Source: Spirogloea muscicola (lineage: Eukaryota). From it: a stretch of 64,000 nt of DNA. Position 1 is the first letter of the stretch; every line of letters starts with the position of its first letter. Positions 50,344-60,800 of the stretch are shown piece after piece. The position numbers and the translations under genes were made by a program. The DNA is taken from positions 497,427-561,426 of the forward strand of contig WELB01000016.1 in assembly GCA_009602725.1 (NCBI GenBank), read 5' to 3'. The notes below the pieces were generated by a model that saw only the letters and a program-made list of their open reading frames with translations, was not told where the DNA came from and did not search any database.

Positions 50344-51725
50344 TCACATCTTCCTGAGTCTTTCTAGGCGAGCTTGCAGGTCGCTGTCTATGCCCGGGTC
50401 GTCGCCTCCCTCTGCTGCCGGTGCTGCTGCCACCTTTTGAGCATTCTCCTGCTGAGGCTGGGGTGTGGCATTCGCAGGCGTGCGCACCAGCTGCCACCAG
50501 AAGCAGGACTGGACATCAGCGACCAGATCAAAAGGAGGAGGCATAGGGCAGATCAAATAGCCGGCTGTAAGAGAAGACCAGACAGCTGCCAGTAAGTCTT
50601 GGCTGCTCACCTGCGAATCAAGGTCGACACCAATCTCGTCCAGCACCTGGTTGACCAGCTCTTCTGTCTCCTCCTCCTCATCGTCCCCCTCGAGTGTGTC
50701 ATCAATGGCGTCATTCATGACCTCAGTCGTCATCTCCATGCGCTCATTCTGCCGCTCGAACTCCAGCATGATCTTCTGCAGCGCTGGCAGATTGAGCTGC
50801 TTGTTCATCTGGCCCATGGCCTTTGTCACGCCCTTCATGGCATCTGCCATCGCCTGCGTCGACTTTAATGTCTGCAAACAGGACAAGGACCAATTTCTGA
50901 GCAAGGAGCAGCATAGGTGTGTGATAGCACTGGCAGCTCCACAGGCTGTCTGGTAACGAAGAGGACACGTCTCACAAATTTGGCAGCTCACCGTCATGCG
51001 AAGGGAGACGCCTTGCAGCTGTGACTTCAGAGCGTAGAACTTGGTGACCTGATGCCTTGTCCTGATGAGATCCTTTGCCATTACCCTAACGGCCCCCTGG
51101 CAAAAGAGAGTGAAACGGTACCCAGCCTCAGACATTTAGGAACTCCTTGCTAATTAACACAAATAAACCAGATCTTAACAAGGAGCAGAATGTCTGATTG
51201 GCAGATGGTCGTGCATCAGCAGTTGGGCATATTTGAGTTGGGCCCACTCGTGACTGTGGCCTGCATCACAGACTCAAGCTCAACCACTCTTTCATGGGAG
51301 AAGCATTTCAGCCGGAGTAATAGACAAGGTAATAGCGTACCATCTGCCCCTGCTTGGCAGTCTTCTTTATCTCCGCGACGAGCTTCTTCTCCTGCGATTG
51401 CAACTGCATGCGCTCGCGCTCAATGTCGCGGATGGACCGGTCCAGCATACGCTTGTTTTCGCGCAGTAGCTCTGGCAGCCACAGCAGCGCAGGTACGTCA
51501 GAGCTTGTCGCTCAAGCAACCGCGGTGGGCGAGGCGACCAAGCCCAACTCTCATCTACGCCTTGCAGATGTAAGGTAGTGAGCAGCTGATGCGCCAATCC
51601 GGTCAAGTGGGTGCGGGCGCCGCATAAGCACGACAGGACACCGTCAGCTGGCCGTCCAACTAGTGAGCCCGACATGGACGGCGCGCACCTTGGGGCGTCT
51701 TCTTCTTCCCAAATATCCAGCTCAT
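50344..51725 (-). CDS. VPS2: ESCRT-III subunit VPS2 / CHMP2A
   Basis: MSWIFGKKKTP / LLRENKRMLDRSIRDIERER / AVRVMAKDLIRTRHQVTKFYALKSQLQGVSLR / TLKSTQAMADAMKGVTKAM..LVNQVLDEIG / IDSDLQARLERLRKM* (MIM motif). Confidence 0.95.
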
Positions 51726-52404
51726 GGTGCCTGCCGCGCCCTCCCCAGCAGGCGCAAGGGTTGTTGGGGAAGGAAAGCTTGCAGGAGCGACGACGTCGTT
51801 CGCGCTGCTGCCGGCCCACTTTGGTGCTCAGTCCCGAGCCGGGCGCAGGCGCGTGGCTGAGGGCGCCTCTAGCCCAAGGAGGCGCCTCTAGCCCAAGGAG
51901 GCGGTGTTGGCGACCCAATGTTCCCACTTGCATCACGTGCCGCAGGCAGGAGCGTCCCCGCTGGCTCTGGAGCTCGTGCCAGTCAGCGGCTACAAGCGGC
52001 GGCGGCCTTGGAGCCTTCAGGACACGCGCGGAGAGCGGCAAGGGGGCGCCGTGGCGGCGCAGGGCGGCGGTCTCCTGGGGGGCGCAGGGAGGAAGAGGAA
52101 GCCCAGAAGCTGACGTGATCGCTGCAGCAGCGCCACTGAGAGATGCGTAGCTCCTTGGGAAAAGACGCACGCGGTGAGAGAGGCGCAGCAGCCCGGCGGC
52201 GGCGACAGTGGCGGCGGCTGCGGCGGCGGGCAGCAATGGCTGCTCCAACGACGATTTGGGGAGCATAGGTCTCGACGGGAAGGGAAAGGCGCGCGGGGCG
52301 CATGAAATGAAAAGGGAGGCCAGTTCAAGCCAATACACAGTTCAAGCAGAGGCGAGTGCAAACTAAACAAGGCTACATAATATAGAGACCTAAACTAAGG
52401 TGCC

Positions 52405-52505
52405 TAAGGTGACACTAGTACCCACGGGAGAGCACAAACAAATCGGACGAAGGAGAGAAAGGTGCGCGGTGCGCGTGAATCGAACGGGAGAGCCAAGCTA
52501 AGGCA
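52405..52505 (-). mobile_element. Short antisense CRE-like 3' ORF fragment abutting the long element
   Basis: The minus strand reads ..SSDLFVLSRGY* (tcgtccgatttgtttgtgctctcccgtgggtactag). Confidence 0.6.
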
Positions 52506-52549
52506 AGCCACTACAATGGTGTTGGGAAGGAACAAAGAAAGGGAGGGGG

Positions 52550-55185
52550 TCTCCTCCCTCCTCCCTCCTTCACGCCTGCTCAACCGGTGGACCTGGACCC
52601 GGCTGCCTTCCGTCGGGCGATTGTGAGTAGCCGCAAGGCAGTCGCCGGGGGTCCATCGGGCATGCTCTTTGAGCACTTGCGGGAGCTGTATGGGGAGGGC
52701 AAGCGCGGCCAGATTAACTGGTGGCTGGGAGAGGCCAGCCCAAAAGAATGGACAAGGTCTGAAGGAGTCGGAGTGCTAAGGACTGAGACAGCAACGGAGG
52801 ACGACTCGGAGGAGGATTTCAATCTGCTGCGTAGGGTTGCACAACATGTTGCGCGTGGACACCTCACCCAACGAGTAGGCGCAGTCCTCTGCACAAGCAA
52901 TCTCATTGCTTTGCAGAAGGACAGCGGGGGAGTGCGTCCTATCTCGATGGGGGAGGTTCTGTCGCGCCTCGTGGGGCGCACCCTAATCATGCCGATTCAG
53001 GACGATGCCCAGGCGCACTTCCATCCCCACCAGTTTGGGGCTGGGATGCGTGCTGGCGCTGAGACCCTGGTGCACGGGGTACGAGCGGCACTGGATGTCA
53101 ACCCCCATTGGCTGGCCTTGAGCGTGGACGTACAGAATGCCTTCAACTCTGTGGATCGGCAGGTTATTGCCGAGGAGCTGAGGCAGTACTTTCCCGCCCT
53201 CCTCCCTCACTTCCGATGCATGTATGGCTCGCCATCTGCATTGTTGTGGGGGGCAGGGAGTTCTTTGGCTGTTTTGCAGTCAAAGACGGGGACACGGCAA
53301 GGTGATCCAATGGGAGGTTTTCTCTTCGCTCCGGCGCATCACCGTGCTTTGCGCAACACGGCGAGCGCTCACCCTGGCGTTCTCCTCCCGAGTTACGCGG
53401 ATGATACCACGCTCCTCGGCCCCCCAGTGGAGGTGCTGCAAGCTTTCGGCACGCTTCAGCACCAGCTCCAGCTTATTGGGCTTGGGGTCAATCCGGCTAA
53501 GTGCTCCGCCTGGTCCCCTATTGGCATCCCTCTTTCCCTCTTCTCCTCGTTGCCTACAGACCGTCAGACTCCAGAGGGCGGCTTGAGGATTTTGGGAGTG
53601 CCACTAGGGGACCCGTCTTTCTCGGAGGGTGCTGTCCTTGCGCGTCTCCAAGGATACATGCAGGTCCTGCCAGAGCTCTCACGCCTTGGGGACTCTCAGT
53701 TGGCAGTGGCCATTTTGACCAGGAGTGTGGCACAGCGGCCGTGTTACCTCCTGCGTACGGTCCCACCGTCGGTCAGCTTGGATGCTATCTATGCATCCAT
53801 TGATGTCAAGCTTCAGCAATGCCTTGCTGATCTGATTGCTCACCCACTCCTAGAGCAGTCTCCAGCAGCACTGGTGCAATGTACGCTGCCCATACGTGAC
53901 GGTGGGCTTGGTTGTCGCCCCTTGGTCCGCTTATGCAGACCAACGTACCTTGGCTGCTGGGCTCAGGTGGCCTCGTCCATATCTGGACGATTCCTCCTTG
54001 AGCAACAACGTGTGTTGGCGCCTCACATCAGTAACGTGGTTCAGGGGAGTCTGCCTTTCCAAGTGACTCTCAAAGCATGCCAACAGGACCTCTTTGCCGC
54101 ATACCCACCTCTGGTGAATGAGCCTGTTAGCTTTGCTGCCTGGGCTGACGTTTCTGATGTTAAGGCTCAATCGCGGTTTTCCCGTGCTGCAGACGAGCAA
54201 CCACTGGAGCATCTCAGGAGTCTCCTCCAAGGGGATGCTCGAGGCCAGGCTCGGCTCCTATCTGTATCGTCTCTGGGAGCGTCTGAGTGGCTCCGCGCTT
54301 TGCCTTTGCATGCGGGCTTGCGGATGGAAAATGCTTTGTTTTGCGATGCTATGCGCCGCCGTCTTGGCTTACCATCCCTGTGCTTGGCAGGGGTGAACCA
54401 ATGTGAATGTGGGCTTATTGAGCATGATGCAGTGCTCATGGGTGACCACATGCTCAGGTGTGCCAAAGGCAGTGAGCGCACGGGCTCCCACAACCTCCTA
54501 CGTGACGCCATGTATGGCATCGTAATGGAGGCGGGATATCAAGTGGCGTTGGAGAGCACGGGGGTGATGCCCGTCCAGCTCCGCAACGGGGTCCCTCGGA
54601 CGCGGCGTGTCGATCTGGTCGGCGTCCCCCTGGGAGGTGGCAAGCGGCTTCTCATGGACGTCGTCCTAACCGACAGCTTCCGGACGAAGGGCCCCGTAAC
54701 TTCTGAGACCGGCTATGCCGTGAAGGTGGCCGAACAGAAGAAGTTGCACAAGTACAAGGACCACCCGGCGGGTGATACCTTTTACCCCCTGGCCATGGAC
54801 ATCCATGTGTGTTACGGGGGTCGGTGGTCCTCGTTACTTTCGCTGCTGGCATCTCAAGCTGACCAGCGGCGCCGGGAACAGGGTGCAGCCCTTCCCGGTG
54901 GCTCGGTGCCTTTGGGTCTTGTGTCCTGCTACCGTATGCGTTTGTCTATGTCGCTACAGCGTTCCCAAGCGCTTGCTTTGCATCGCCGCGCTGGTCGTGC
55001 CCTTGCAGCAGCCTCTGGCTTGCGCAGCGGGGTTGCTCTTCCTCCCCTCAGCTCATCTGACTTCCTACTGCTGACACGGGGTTACTAAGAGCGCCCTGGC
55101 TGTCTAGCCTGTGGCTCCGTCATGAACACCTCTATGTATCTGGCTGGCTTTCACAGCCGCTCGTTTAATATCAGCAGCCGCTTTC
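52550..55185 (+). mobile_element. CRE-clade-like non-LTR retrotransposon, 5'-truncated, with 3' UTR
   Basis: Contains ORF 52587-55088 and a ~95-nt 3' UTR ending ggctggctttcacagccgctcgtttaatatcagcagccgc. No LTRs and no poly(A) tail are visible. Confidence 0.88.
52587..55088 (+). CDS. Reverse transcriptase + CCHC zinc knuckle + restriction-like (REL) endonuclease ORF
   Basis: Uninterrupted 833-aa intronless ORF. RT motifs GPSG, ALQKDSGGVRPISMGE, QFGAG, DVQNAFNSVDR, GTRQGDP, YADD (53394-53405), GLGVNPAKC, LGVPLG, LPIRDGGLG. Then CECG..DHMLRC, HNLLRD, RRVDL..MDVV..EQKKLHKY..FYPLAMD. Confidence 0.92.
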   Translation: MDLDPAAFRRAIVSSRKAVAGGPSGMLFEHLRELYGEGKRGQINWWLGEASPKEWTRSEGVGVLRTETATEDDSEEDFNLLRRVAQHVARGHLTQRVGAVLCTSNLIALQKDSGGVRPISMGEVLSRLVGRTLIMPIQDDAQAHFHPHQFGAGMRAGAETLVHGVRAALDVNPHWLALSVDVQNAFNSVDRQVIAEELRQYFPALLPHFRCMYGSPSALLWGAGSSLAVLQSKTGTRQGDPMGGFLFAPAHHRALRNTASAHPGVLLPSYADDTTLLGPPVEVLQAFGTLQHQLQLIGLGVNPAKCSAWSPIGIPLSLFSSLPTDRQTPEGGLRILGVPLGDPSFSEGAVLARLQGYMQVLPELSRLGDSQLAVAILTRSVAQRPCYLLRTVPPSVSLDAIYASIDVKLQQCLADLIAHPLLEQSPAALVQCTLPIRDGGLGCRPLVRLCRPTYLGCWAQVASSISGRFLLEQQRVLAPHISNVVQGSLPFQVTLKACQQDLFAAYPPLVNEPVSFAAWADVSDVKAQSRFSRAADEQPLEHLRSLLQGDARGQARLLSVSSLGASEWLRALPLHAGLRMENALFCDAMRRRLGLPSLCLAGVNQCECGLIEHDAVLMGDHMLRCAKGSERTGSHNLLRDAMYGIVMEAGYQVALESTGVMPVQLRNGVPRTRRVDLVGVPLGGGKRLLMDVVLTDSFRTKGPVTSETGYAVKVAEQKKLHKYKDHPAGDTFYPLAMDIHVCYGGRWSSLLSLLASQADQRRREQGAALPGGSVPLGLVSCYRMRLSMSLQRSQALALHRRAGRALAAASGLRSGVALPPLSSSDFLLLTRGY

Positions 55186-57520
55186 TTCTCAGGAATGGCC
55201 ACTGGCCACCCTTGCGGTTTATGCGCCTTCTCTCAGGACCTGTTCTTCTCTCAAGAGGCCCCTTGGGCCTCGTCAACTACTTTGCCTTCCCTTTTGCTGG
55301 CTCGCGCAGTGCACTTGTGGGCAGGCCGCGCTTTGGCTGCTAGTGCTGGGTCTCGTCGTGGTGACACTTCTCCAGCCTTTCCAGCTTCGAATGCAAGCCA
55401 GAGACAGCTGCAAGGGCGCGACCGGCTCGGCCGTGCAAAGGAAGCGCTTGGAACGGCTGAAGGAAGAAGATAGTGGCTCTCCCAATGGGGGCAAGGGCAG
55501 TGAGAAGCCAGCCCGAAGTAGAAATGACAAGGTTCGAAGGGGCCAGATTACGAAAGGGCCAGAAAGCGCCATCTCAGAACTGGGGGAGGATGAACCACTC
55601 AACAGCAACGAGTGAGGAGCCTCAGATCCGACAGACTAGATGTCGGAAAACAGTCCCCCTGACGAAAGCCAGAGGCTGCAGCGAGAGCACGGCCAGGACG
55701 TAGATGAGCGTGAGCCATGGACCGCTGTAGGGAAATGGATAGTCGCATGCCGTAGACTTGGGCTACCGGGCCAGCGGCATTGAAGTCAGCCTGCTCACCT
55801 CGCCTGCCGCGCCGCGCAAGCCTGGCTAGCAGGTCGAGCCACAGGGACCCAAGAGCCCCGTGCACATCCACGGCCAGGGGTACGAACTCGTCCCCAGCCG
55901 GGTGGTCAGCGTGTCTTGCCGCCTTGCTGCGTGCGGCATTCGCTGCAGCATGGCCAGCCCTCGAGGCAGAAAGCCCCGGAATGGAGCGCTCCACCACATC
56001 GGTGGTGACCACATCTGCAGTGATGCGCGCGCCGCCTCCCGGCGTGGAGGCCACCAAGTCGACGCGACGCGTGTGTAGTCCGTCCGCCTTCCGCAGGATG
56101 GGCATAACGGAAGAAAGTGTTCTCCATCACCACTGTGAAGCCGGCCTCCAGGAATTTGCCAAACAATGCATCTCTGAGGAGGTCGTGGGCAGCAGTGCGT
56201 TCACCTCCAGTGGCGCAGCGGAGGACATGCGCCGCCAACTCTGCTGGATCCGCCGACCGTCCCCGCACTCGCACTGCAGCACGCCCGGAAGTCAGGGCGG
56301 GGGGAGTCCCAGCAGGCGGTGGATGGCCGTGCTGTAGGGGCATAGCTGCACGCGGTAGCAGGACACAAGACCAAAAGGCAACGAGCCCCCAGGAAGCAAG
56401 CGCAGCGAGATTAACTGGTGGCTGGGAAAGGCAAGCACAAAGGAATGATGAAGGGCTCGCCCATTGAGGATAGGGGCTGGAAAAAGCCAGCCCAATAAAG
56501 AATGAACAAAGGTCGAGAAGGGGCCAGGGGAAGTACGAAGAACAACTAGCACAATAAAAGAACGAAGCAGCTACGAAGCACTCAGTAACCCCTGCTAAGC
56601 AGCCTCAGCTAAGAGAGACTGGGTTCCTGGAAGCGGGTCCCCTGGCCTGAGCCAGAGGCAGCAGCGAGGGCTCTGCCTGCACGCAGGTGCAGCGCGCGGG
56701 CCATAGACCTCTGCAGCGAGACGGCCAAGCGCATGCAGTACAGCTGCGCTAGCGACCCTGCTGCATGGGAGTGAGCCCAAAGGAACGGCCCCCAGGAAGT
56801 GCTGCACCCTGTTCGCGGCGTCTCAGCTTGAGAGGCCAGCAGCGGAGTAAGGGCTCACGAAGAGGACCACCGACCCCCATAAGCACCCGTGAAGCGATGG
56901 AGCTGCTTGATTCCATGTGTGCTAGCTTCAGCGCTTTCCTGGCCCCGTCGAAGTTTGTTCATTCGTGTTCCTGGGCTGGCCTCTCCCAGCCACCGCCCCT
57001 CTCCTGGAAGCGTCCGTCTTCTCTCTCTCAGTTAATCTGGCCGCGCTTGCTCTCTCTCTGATCTGGCCCACGCCTTGCATCTGCGTGCTGGCCGTGCTCT
57101 CGCTGCGGCCTCCGGCTTTCGTCAGGGGGATAGTTTACCAGCAGCTAGTCTGTCGGATATGAGGCTCCTCACTCGTAACTACTAAGCGGTCCATCCTCCC
57201 CCGTTCTGCCATAGCCTCTTCAGGCCCCGCAGTCGCTGCTTAGCTCGTAGTCTGGCCCCTTCGAACCTTGTCAATTCTTTTCGGGCTGGCTTCTCACAGC
57301 CCTTGCCCCCATTGGGAGAGCCACTTCTTCTCTCTGAGAAAGAGGGCCTGAGTGGCCTAGTACAGAAGGGCAAGCACATTGACAGGTTTACATCACCTGC
57401 TGCCAAATCGATCCGCTAAACCCACGGGGGGGGCTCGCCCATTAAGGATAGGGGCTGGAAAAGCCAGCCCAAAAAAGAAAGAACACAGCCGCTCTTTTAA
57501 TATCAGCAGCCGCTTTCACC
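55186..57520. mobile_element. Dense nest of CRE-like fragments, including a frameshifted ~750-bp endonuclease fragment (-, ~55610-56345)
   Basis: The minus strand reads RLLGLP..CECG..AHVLRCATGGERTAAHDLLRDA..RRVDLV..ADVV..DHPAGDEFVPLAVDVHG..MRLSISLQRS..SDLRLLTRC. The plus strand at ~57070-57186 reads HALHLRAGRALAAASGFRQGDSLPAASLSDMRLLTRNY*. Multiple 3' modules are interspersed. Confidence 0.85.
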
Positions 57521-57624
57521 GCGGCTGTGAACAAAGGGGGGGGGCTTTCTGAGCTTTACGGCAGTCCGGGAGCAGAAGGCGTAGGGTTAGGTCACCGAGC
57601 ACTCGTGGCATGCCGCGGGCGCTG

Positions 57625-57659
<35 letters not shown>

Positions 57660-57843
57660 GAGGGGCGCGGGCNNNNNNNNNNNNNNNNNNNNNNNNNNNN
57701 NNNNNNNNNNNNNNNNNNNNNNNNNNNNNNNNNNNNNNNNNNNNNNNNNNNNNNNNNNNNNNNNNNNNNNNNNNNNNNNNNNNNNNNNNNNNNNNNNNNN
57801 NNNNNNNNNNNNNNNNNNNNNNNNNNNNNNNNNNNNNNNNNNN

Positions 57844-60800
57844 GGCGGCCCCGGAGACGGCAGCGGCGGCGGCAGCAGCGCCGGCGCCCGGCCGCTGCTC
57901 GCCGCACCGCAGCATCTTCTCTGCAGCCGCCGCCGCTGCCGCTTCGCCGTCGCCCGCGCCGTCGTCCTTGGGTGAGCCGCCGGCGAGGGCTTAGTGTCAG
58001 ACCCTAAACCCTACCCACATTCCTAAACCCTCTCCACGCGCCACGCCCGCAAGACCAGTGCAGGCTAAACCCTCGCGCCCTGTGCGGCGCAGGCAAAGCT
58101 TGTGTATTTGGTTGAATCGAGATTAATAATCTGCTGCTGTCATCTGAATTCCACGTAAATCGTGAATTCTACAGTAAGAGTCATCTCATGATTAAGTAAA
58201 TGGGTCAGCTTAGCAGCAGGTGATGTACATCTATCAGATTGCTTGCCTTTGTGGTTGGCCGCTCTCAGGCCCTCCGTCACTCAATGCGAAATTTATTGCA
58301 GGCGAGGCGGGCTCGGAGGACGAGCGCTACGACGTGATCGTGGTGGGCGGCGGGCATGCCGGCTGCGAGGCCGCGCTGGCGGCGGCGCGCCTCGGCGCCC
58401 GCACGCTCCTCCTCACGCTCAACCCCGACCGCATCGCCTGGCAGGTCCCGCCTCACCCTTAATCCCCATAACAATACAGAACCCCTGAGACATAAACCTC
58501 ATGCCAAGCTTGGAGCAGCTGCCGCTCGCAGCCATGCGGGCTCGGGGAGTCGCTCACCCGCCCGCCATTGTCGCGCACTCGCGCCGCGCAGCCCTGCAAC
58601 CCCGCCGTCGGGGGGCCTGCCAAGTCGCAGCTGGTGCACGAAGTCGACGCTCTGGGTGGCGAAATCGGGAAGATTGCCGACAGGTGCGCCCTTTTTGCCT
58701 CTCCCCAAACAACCCCCCCCCGGCCGCGCGCTTATTGACTCAAGTCAGAGAAGCTGGCTGCCATGCTAAGAGCTGTTAGTAGTCATGGATGGTTTGCCAG
58801 CATTGTTGTGTTGTGTGAGGTCCTTACCAGAGTGTGCCAATGACATGCCCTGCTGAGGCTCCATTGGGCGTGTGCGGCTGCTCCAACTGCCACCTCCTGC
58901 GGAGCAGATGCTACCTGCAGAAACGGGTTCTCAACCGGTCCAAGGGCCCCGCTGTGTGGGCGCTCCGCGCGCAGACGGACAAGCGCGAGTACGCCATCAC
59001 GATGAAGGCAGTCCTGGACAAGTAAGGCTCCCACTTGACCAGGCTCCTCGTGATTAGGCGCCGCAAGAGCCTCAAGCGCAACACGACAAGCGAGACACAC
59101 TTATGACGTATCAAAGTTGTATGCCTGGCAGTACGCCGAACCTGTGCATCCGTGAGGCCATGGCGACGGAGCTGCTGGTGGGGCCCAACGACAACGTGGA
59201 GGGCGTGCGGACCTTCTTCGGCGTGGCTTTCCGGGCGGCGGCAGTGGTGCTGACCACGGGGACCTTCATGAACGGGCGCATCTGGATCGGACGCAGCTCC
59301 ATGCCGGCGGGCCGCGCCGGCGAGGGCGCGGCCCTGGGCCTCACTGAGAACCTCCTCGCGCTGGGCTTCGAGACTGACCGACTCAAGACTGGCACGCCCG
59401 CGCGTGTAGACATCCGTAGCATCAACCGCTCCAGGCTAGAGTCTCAGCCCGGCGATGACGAGGTAAGAGCGCTCCTCTACATCACAGACCAGGGCTACTC
59501 TATGTATAATGTTGTCATTGACGACTTTGAGGTCTCAGATGATTGGAGGATCGGCACAGACTGTGCAATGGGCAGAGGCTGTTGACCACGATGATTTGGC
59601 AGGAGACTGTCTAATGACACCGTGTTTTAAACCCTCACCTTAGCGATTACACCTGAGTTTGTTTTGTTTTTCCAAGTCAGGTGCGTTGGTTCAGCTTCGA
59701 TCCGGAGGTGCACGTGGAGCGGGAGCAGCTGAGCTGCTACTTGACGCGCACCACGGCAGCGACCCACAAGCTGATTGAGGACAATCTGGCCGAGACGCCC
59801 ACGTATGGAGGGTGGGTGGAGGCCAAGGGGCCACGGTACTGCCCTTCCATTGAGGACAAGGTGCACATCCCGCATGCGCCTGTCATATTCTAGTGTTAGT
59901 TGTCAAAGCAGTTGTGGTCAGACTGACCATGTAAGAAGGAAGACTTGTGTGTTACCTAGCCAGGGGTTTGAGCAGGGTGGTTAAGGTGCTCCGATAACGG
60001 TCAGCTGATTGCTACTCTTTTGCCTACAGATTGTGAGGTTCCGTGACAAGGAATCACATCAGGTTTTCTTAGAGCCGGAGGGACGCACCGTGCCAGAGCT
60101 TTATGTGCAGGCACGCATTGGCAGCCCACACTAACTGCTCACTTGTTGCTCACTAACTTATCAGAAGTGCCCAAAAGGTGGTCATCTTATATCAGCACAA
60201 GTGTAGTCTTGATCTGTGGTAAGTGGCAGAACAACAGTGGTTTCTTAAGTATATGTCTTGCAGCTGCATCAAAGACAGTCTCTGTGTCTTACATGCATGT
60301 ACCTTGGTTCTCTCAGGGCTTCTCGACTGGCCTTCCAGAGCGGCTCCAGCTGGCGCTGCTTCGGACGCTGCCGGGCTTGGAGCACTGCTCTATGCTCCGG
60401 CCAGCTTATGCGGTGGAGTATGACTACTTGCCTGCGAATCAATGCCAGCGGACACTGCTCACTAAGCGCCTTGACGGCCTCTTCTTCTCCGGTCAGATTA
60501 ATGGCACAACCGGCTACGAGGAGGCTGCCGCACAGGCGAGTTCGCTCTCTCAGCCGGCTTACCATAAGAGTGTTGGAACAGTTGCCAATCCATTTCTTTA
60601 GCTTTTGCATTGTCAGCGGCTGACTCTTCAAGTGGCCAGCATTGTAGCTCAATTCCTGCTGCACGTTTCAGAGGAGCCATTAACATATTCTTCCAATATG
60701 GCACTTTGCAGGGGCTTCTGGCAGGGATAAATGCTGCGCAGCTGGCTGCTGGTAAGCCAATGCTGACGCTGGAGCGGGAGAGTAGCTACATTGGTACGCT

